From positions 250,239,741 through 250,303,740 of the forward strand of contig CM041465.1 of the NCBI GenBank assembly GCA_023213395.1: a DNA stretch of 64,000 bases, read 5' to 3'. The notes under the pieces are model-generated. The model did not search any database. It was given only the letters and a program-made list of their open reading frames with translations, and was not told where the DNA came from. Below are positions 60,068 through 64,000 of the stretch, in pieces. Position numbers and translations under genes: made by a program. The stretch is from Cycas panzhihuaensis (lineage: Eukaryota > Plantae > Cycadophyta). The first letter of the stretch is position 1. Each line of letters starts with the position of its first letter.

Positions 60068-60430
60068 ATGACCAAGTCTCTTTAGGGGTCATATTCTAAA
60101 TAACTACAGTAAAACTTCTATTTAAAATGTATATAATTATATTCAAAACTTTGCCCTAAAGAGTATTAAACACATTCTTGGCTTTGATCATACACCTATC
60201 CATCTCATCAATAGTGTGATTATCCCTCTCAGCCATAACATTATGCTATGGCATATAGGATGTAGTCAGTTATCGCATGATGCCTTGATCCTTACAAAAA
60301 ATAATGAACTCAAATAATAAGTGCTCATCTCTATTATCACTCTTTAGAATCTTAATATTCTTCTTAGAGAAGTTTTTTACTTCAACTTTAAGCTTTTTAA
60401 ATTTTTTAAATACCTTTAACTTGTTCTTCA

Positions 60431-62240
60431 TATTAAAATTTCTAATTGAGCTTAGATACCATAAGAGAAATATATAGTAATATGATGCAAGCATAATAAC
60501 AAAATTAAATCATGATATATATATATATATAAAATAATAAACATATAAAGTAAACATCAAAGATGCATCAAGTATTCAAGATCATTTATCATAAGAGAAA
60601 CACCAAGATTTAATATGAAAAACTAGTGTGGGAAAAACCATGGGAGAAGGTGGAGTCTGGACTCCTCTTATGATTATAATGATTACATCTCTAGGTCTTT
60701 AACCTTTCTAAAGTTCTGAAGTGATGTGTGTATATATTTATAATATGATTCACCTCATAAGTAGCCTATGATGTGTCTTGAACCTTTACATCACCTATTA
60801 ATATGATTACATGGATATGTGTGCATCTCACATATGTCGATGTATGCAAATGGTGATATGGTATATGTGTACATCATATATATTAAACATTACATATGTA
60901 ATTAACTCATATATTTTGACATTCTCTCTTAATGTTTAATATCTTTGAATCTTGTCTTCAAGTCTTCATCCATTGATCTTCAACCTGTATGTTGGATCCT
61001 ATAACCTATATTATATATCTATATATTATGCATTATATCACCTATAACTTGTAATCAACCTATATGTAGTCATTTATTTACCAGTAATAACTATCTGTGA
61101 ACAACCAACCCACAATATAAAGCATCATTAAGATCAACATATATGAAGTATTTTCCTATACATCTTTATATCTTCACCTATATAGTTAGTTTCAATCAAT
61201 ATTATGTCAACCATAATCAACATTCTGTCAACCATTTAACAAATTAACAAACAAACAAAGTCATTCCTAAGTCTATATGAAACAATAACCATGTATCAAA
61301 ATACATGGATAACCAACCTCTATGATCGCTACTTCTCTAGGTAATTGCTTTAAATATATGGTTCATCATTCTTTCATATTGCTTATATAAGAGTAATATA
61401 ATCTTTCTTTCTTTTAGTTAGACCATTTTAACAACTAGATATTAGTTGGATCTCATTTATAACTAACACTTAGTATGCCATTTAAGTAATCACTTAAGAC
61501 TTTTCTTTGTCTTAATAATAAGTAGATTTCTTATAATCTCCTTATTAAGCAAACTGGGTAGTCTTACTGAGTGATATCATTAATCATCAAAATAGGTTCA
61601 ATCAATCAAGTGGTCTACTCATTTGGTTGGTACTTACCATCCACTAAATCAAATATGTATTTCCAAGGAGGAGTGTGCAGATCTAACATATCAAGAATTT
61701 TTCATATCATGAATTCATCAAATGTTTCTTAGTTCATAAAATTTTCAATTGACTTTAAGTCTTCAAATATCATAAATGAGCTTTAGTTTATTCACCTTTA
61801 AACCAAACTTTCTTTTTCTTCCACCATATTTTTAAAATAATATTACCATTATGTTTAGAGCCTTTAACAACGTCAGAATATACTAAAATTCTTTTGAAAA
61901 CTATTATGAAATATAACTTTTATGAGGTTTAGAGCACTTTTATTAAATATACTCTTCATTTTCTCTGTCATCTGCTATTTGAAGTATCTCATGAGACCAC
62001 TCACTTCAACCATCTTAAAGTTGTATTTCCAACACAACCAACAACATCTAATTCTGACATATAAGTGATGAATTATAATGGAAAACATACCAATATTATA
62101 ATGGGTTAATGCCACAAGATCATTACATTAGTTAATTATTCCTAGTGAAAGAGGTTAATGTATTAAGGTCATTTATGTAGATTAATTATGTGACCTTAGG
62201 ATATATTGTTAGCATTAATCTCTTAATGAAATGCACTTTA
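60431..62240 (-). mobile_element. Non-autonomous LTR element related to family X (3' LTR 60431-60921 plus internal region), interrupted at 62241
   Basis: LTR tattaaaatttc...atattttgaca, PPT complement ttctctctta 60922. Internal atgaaacaataaccatgtatcaaaatacatggataaccaacctct (~61277-61321) matches family X 34138-34183 and 50006-50050. Confidence 0.75.
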
Positions 62241-64000
62241 TGTGGGTGAAGGCAAATAGAGGCGAACACGCAGGTGAACGGAGGTGACTCTATCTAGGGT
62301 TAGAACATGAGGCGAAGAGTGGCGGCTGGTCCGTGTACCAGAGACAGACCCTGGAGGAGGCATTAATGGTAGGGCATCAAGGCGCCCCTTAACGGCTGGA
62401 CACGGAGCAGTTGGAGGGCCCAATGGACCCTAGAAGGGCTTGGGCAAGAGGCTCGGCCCTTGTGAAGAGGTGCAGCAGGGAGGTGGATGCCCCCAGCTCA
62501 GACGGACTATAAGACTAGCATCAAGGGCGAGGTGGCTCTTAGGGGGAGATTCCTGTAGGATATTGAAACGCTCCCTACAGGGCGGCAATCCTACGTCTAG
62601 CAAAGGGATATAAAAACACCACATTGGCTAGGCTAGGCAGCGAGGATCTTGCCTCGCAGGATGTCCGTCTTGGCACGAGCGCAGTTCTGGGGCAAGGTGC
62701 CTGGTTGCTTCCAGGTAGCCGTGCAAAAACGAGGCCTTCCTACCCTTCAGATGGCCGGGAAGGAAATGGAAACCTCGCGCGTTGCGACTCCCCAAAGTAA
62801 TGAGAAGGCAACGAGGAGGGCAACAAACCTAACGTGCGATAGATATGAAGCAAGTCGTACGAGGGTACAACATAAATGGGTTTTCTATTCCTAGGTTATG
62901 TAAAGTAAAGAAACAGTGCGGGAAAGCAAATGTAAAGTAAAAGATTATTTTCCTTTTCCTTAATGCTTCCTTATCTATTACAGTAAATGTAAAAGGACAA
63001 AAAAGCATAAAGAAAAACACGAAAGAAATGCGAGGAATACCTGGATCCGGCGTTCGAATATAAACACAGATTCTCCTTCTGGGTTGCGCTCCTTCCTTCC
63101 TCCCTCCGCGCATGCAACATTGATCAACGGTGGTGAAGGGGGTTTGCTTACCTCCCCTTGAGCATGCAAGGACTAAATAAAATGAAAGGGCGAAAAAGGA
63201 ACGCAAAACTAAAGGAGAGAAGTACCGTGGGAGCGGCCAAGAACGGGTTTGTCTTGCGCGCCACCTCCTCCAACACGATCCTACAAACAAGTGGAGAGAG
63301 CACCTTCCTCTCAGGAGAGAGGCTACGAAGTACGGCAAAGATATATGTGTATGTATGTAAATGAAATCAACTAAGACAAATAATTTAAGCTATGCACCAG
63401 AACATAGTAAAAATAAAACCAAGGTGTGCGAGAAGCATATACACTGTCATGCACCATAAAACATACTACACGGGACTGAGTATAGCCTCGGGATGGCTAA
63501 CTCACCCACATGAGGTCTCCACAGGGTTCGGATAGGAAACACTAGCGGGTAACAAGGTGGAGAAGGGTAGTGACGGGTTACCTATACCAAGTGGAAAGCT
63601 CCAACCAAATCTCTTAGGCTTCCCTAGCTCCGTTCCCTAAGAAAACGCGGATGGTAAAGGGAGAGAGGATAAGGGATGGAACCCTTAGGGAGAAGGATGG
63701 CAATGGGGGACGGAACCCCGCCTATCTCCCTCAAATCCTCGTGTGGAACCCTTTACACCGGTTAACTCAGAAAAGGGTGAAAGAGATAGCTTAGAGGGAA
63801 TGGGTAGATCTCAAGGAAAAAATAAGAAAATACCTCTAATCTAGGGCAACACTATGAGAGAGCCACAACTAGCTAAGATCACTTTCATTTAATAGCAAGG
63901 GAACTAGTAGAGAAAGTGGATGCAAGTGAGTGAAATGAGCTTGTAAGTAGAAAACAAAAACCAAGGAAAAAAAGCACCAACAAGAAACAGGAAATACCTT
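62241..64000 (+). mobile_element. Younger GC-rich gypsy (Tat/Ogre-like) element: 5' LTR 62241-63510, then leader running off the window
   Basis: 9-bp terminal inverted repeat tgtgggtga...tcacccaca; TATA tataaa ~63059; followed by tgaggtctccacaggg, a degenerate match to the tRNA-Arg-type PBS TGGCGACTCCACTGGGG; CpG retained. Confidence 0.7.

Larger units (their letters stand above)
55016..60430 (-). mobile_element. Degenerate Ty1/copia element (3' LTR, RH, RT, INT), carrying two nested insertions and cut at 60431
   Basis: LTR 55016-55408, PPT complement ctccctcata. RH end ~55420-55543 continuing at 57643 (VHNHFIQE), RT ORF 58080-58280 (MEDCKP..YRKLVGSIIY), LYVDDLII ~58460, INT ORF 60270-60494 (IKILKSDNRDE). 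Confidence 0.88.

Noticed and set aside
62238-63364. Cluster of ORFs up to 169 aa on both strands
   Set aside because: All lie within the GC-rich LTR 62241-63510, overlap in several frames and show no recognisable domain; expected by chance at higher GC.

Overview
Very AT-rich eukaryotic (plant, most likely gymnosperm-type) nuclear DNA made almost entirely of old, nested, mutationally decayed LTR retrotransposons (Ty1/copia, Ty3/gypsy Tat and chromovirus, non-autonomous derivatives, solo LTRs). No intact protein-coding gene, rRNA, tRNA or CRISPR array is visible. The only host-gene remnant is a frameshifted, internally deleted LRR receptor-like protein pseudogene (minus strand, ~26615-27163). 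Element boundaries were read directly from LTR pairs, PBS, PPT and 5-bp TSDs. The most unusual structures are: (1) a non-coding copia-derived element arranged as LTR-internal-LTR-internal-LTR under a single TSD (33181-53319); (2) LTRs of that family and of a relative (60431) carrying a captured tRNA-iMet PBS and stacked old LTR termini inside U5; (3) a four- to five-level nesting stack; (4) a Tat element with its extra archaeal-type RNase H placed before RT; (5) pervasive C>T/G>A decay that includes CHH contexts. Coordinates were counted by eye, and family assignments rest on recognised motifs, not database searches.
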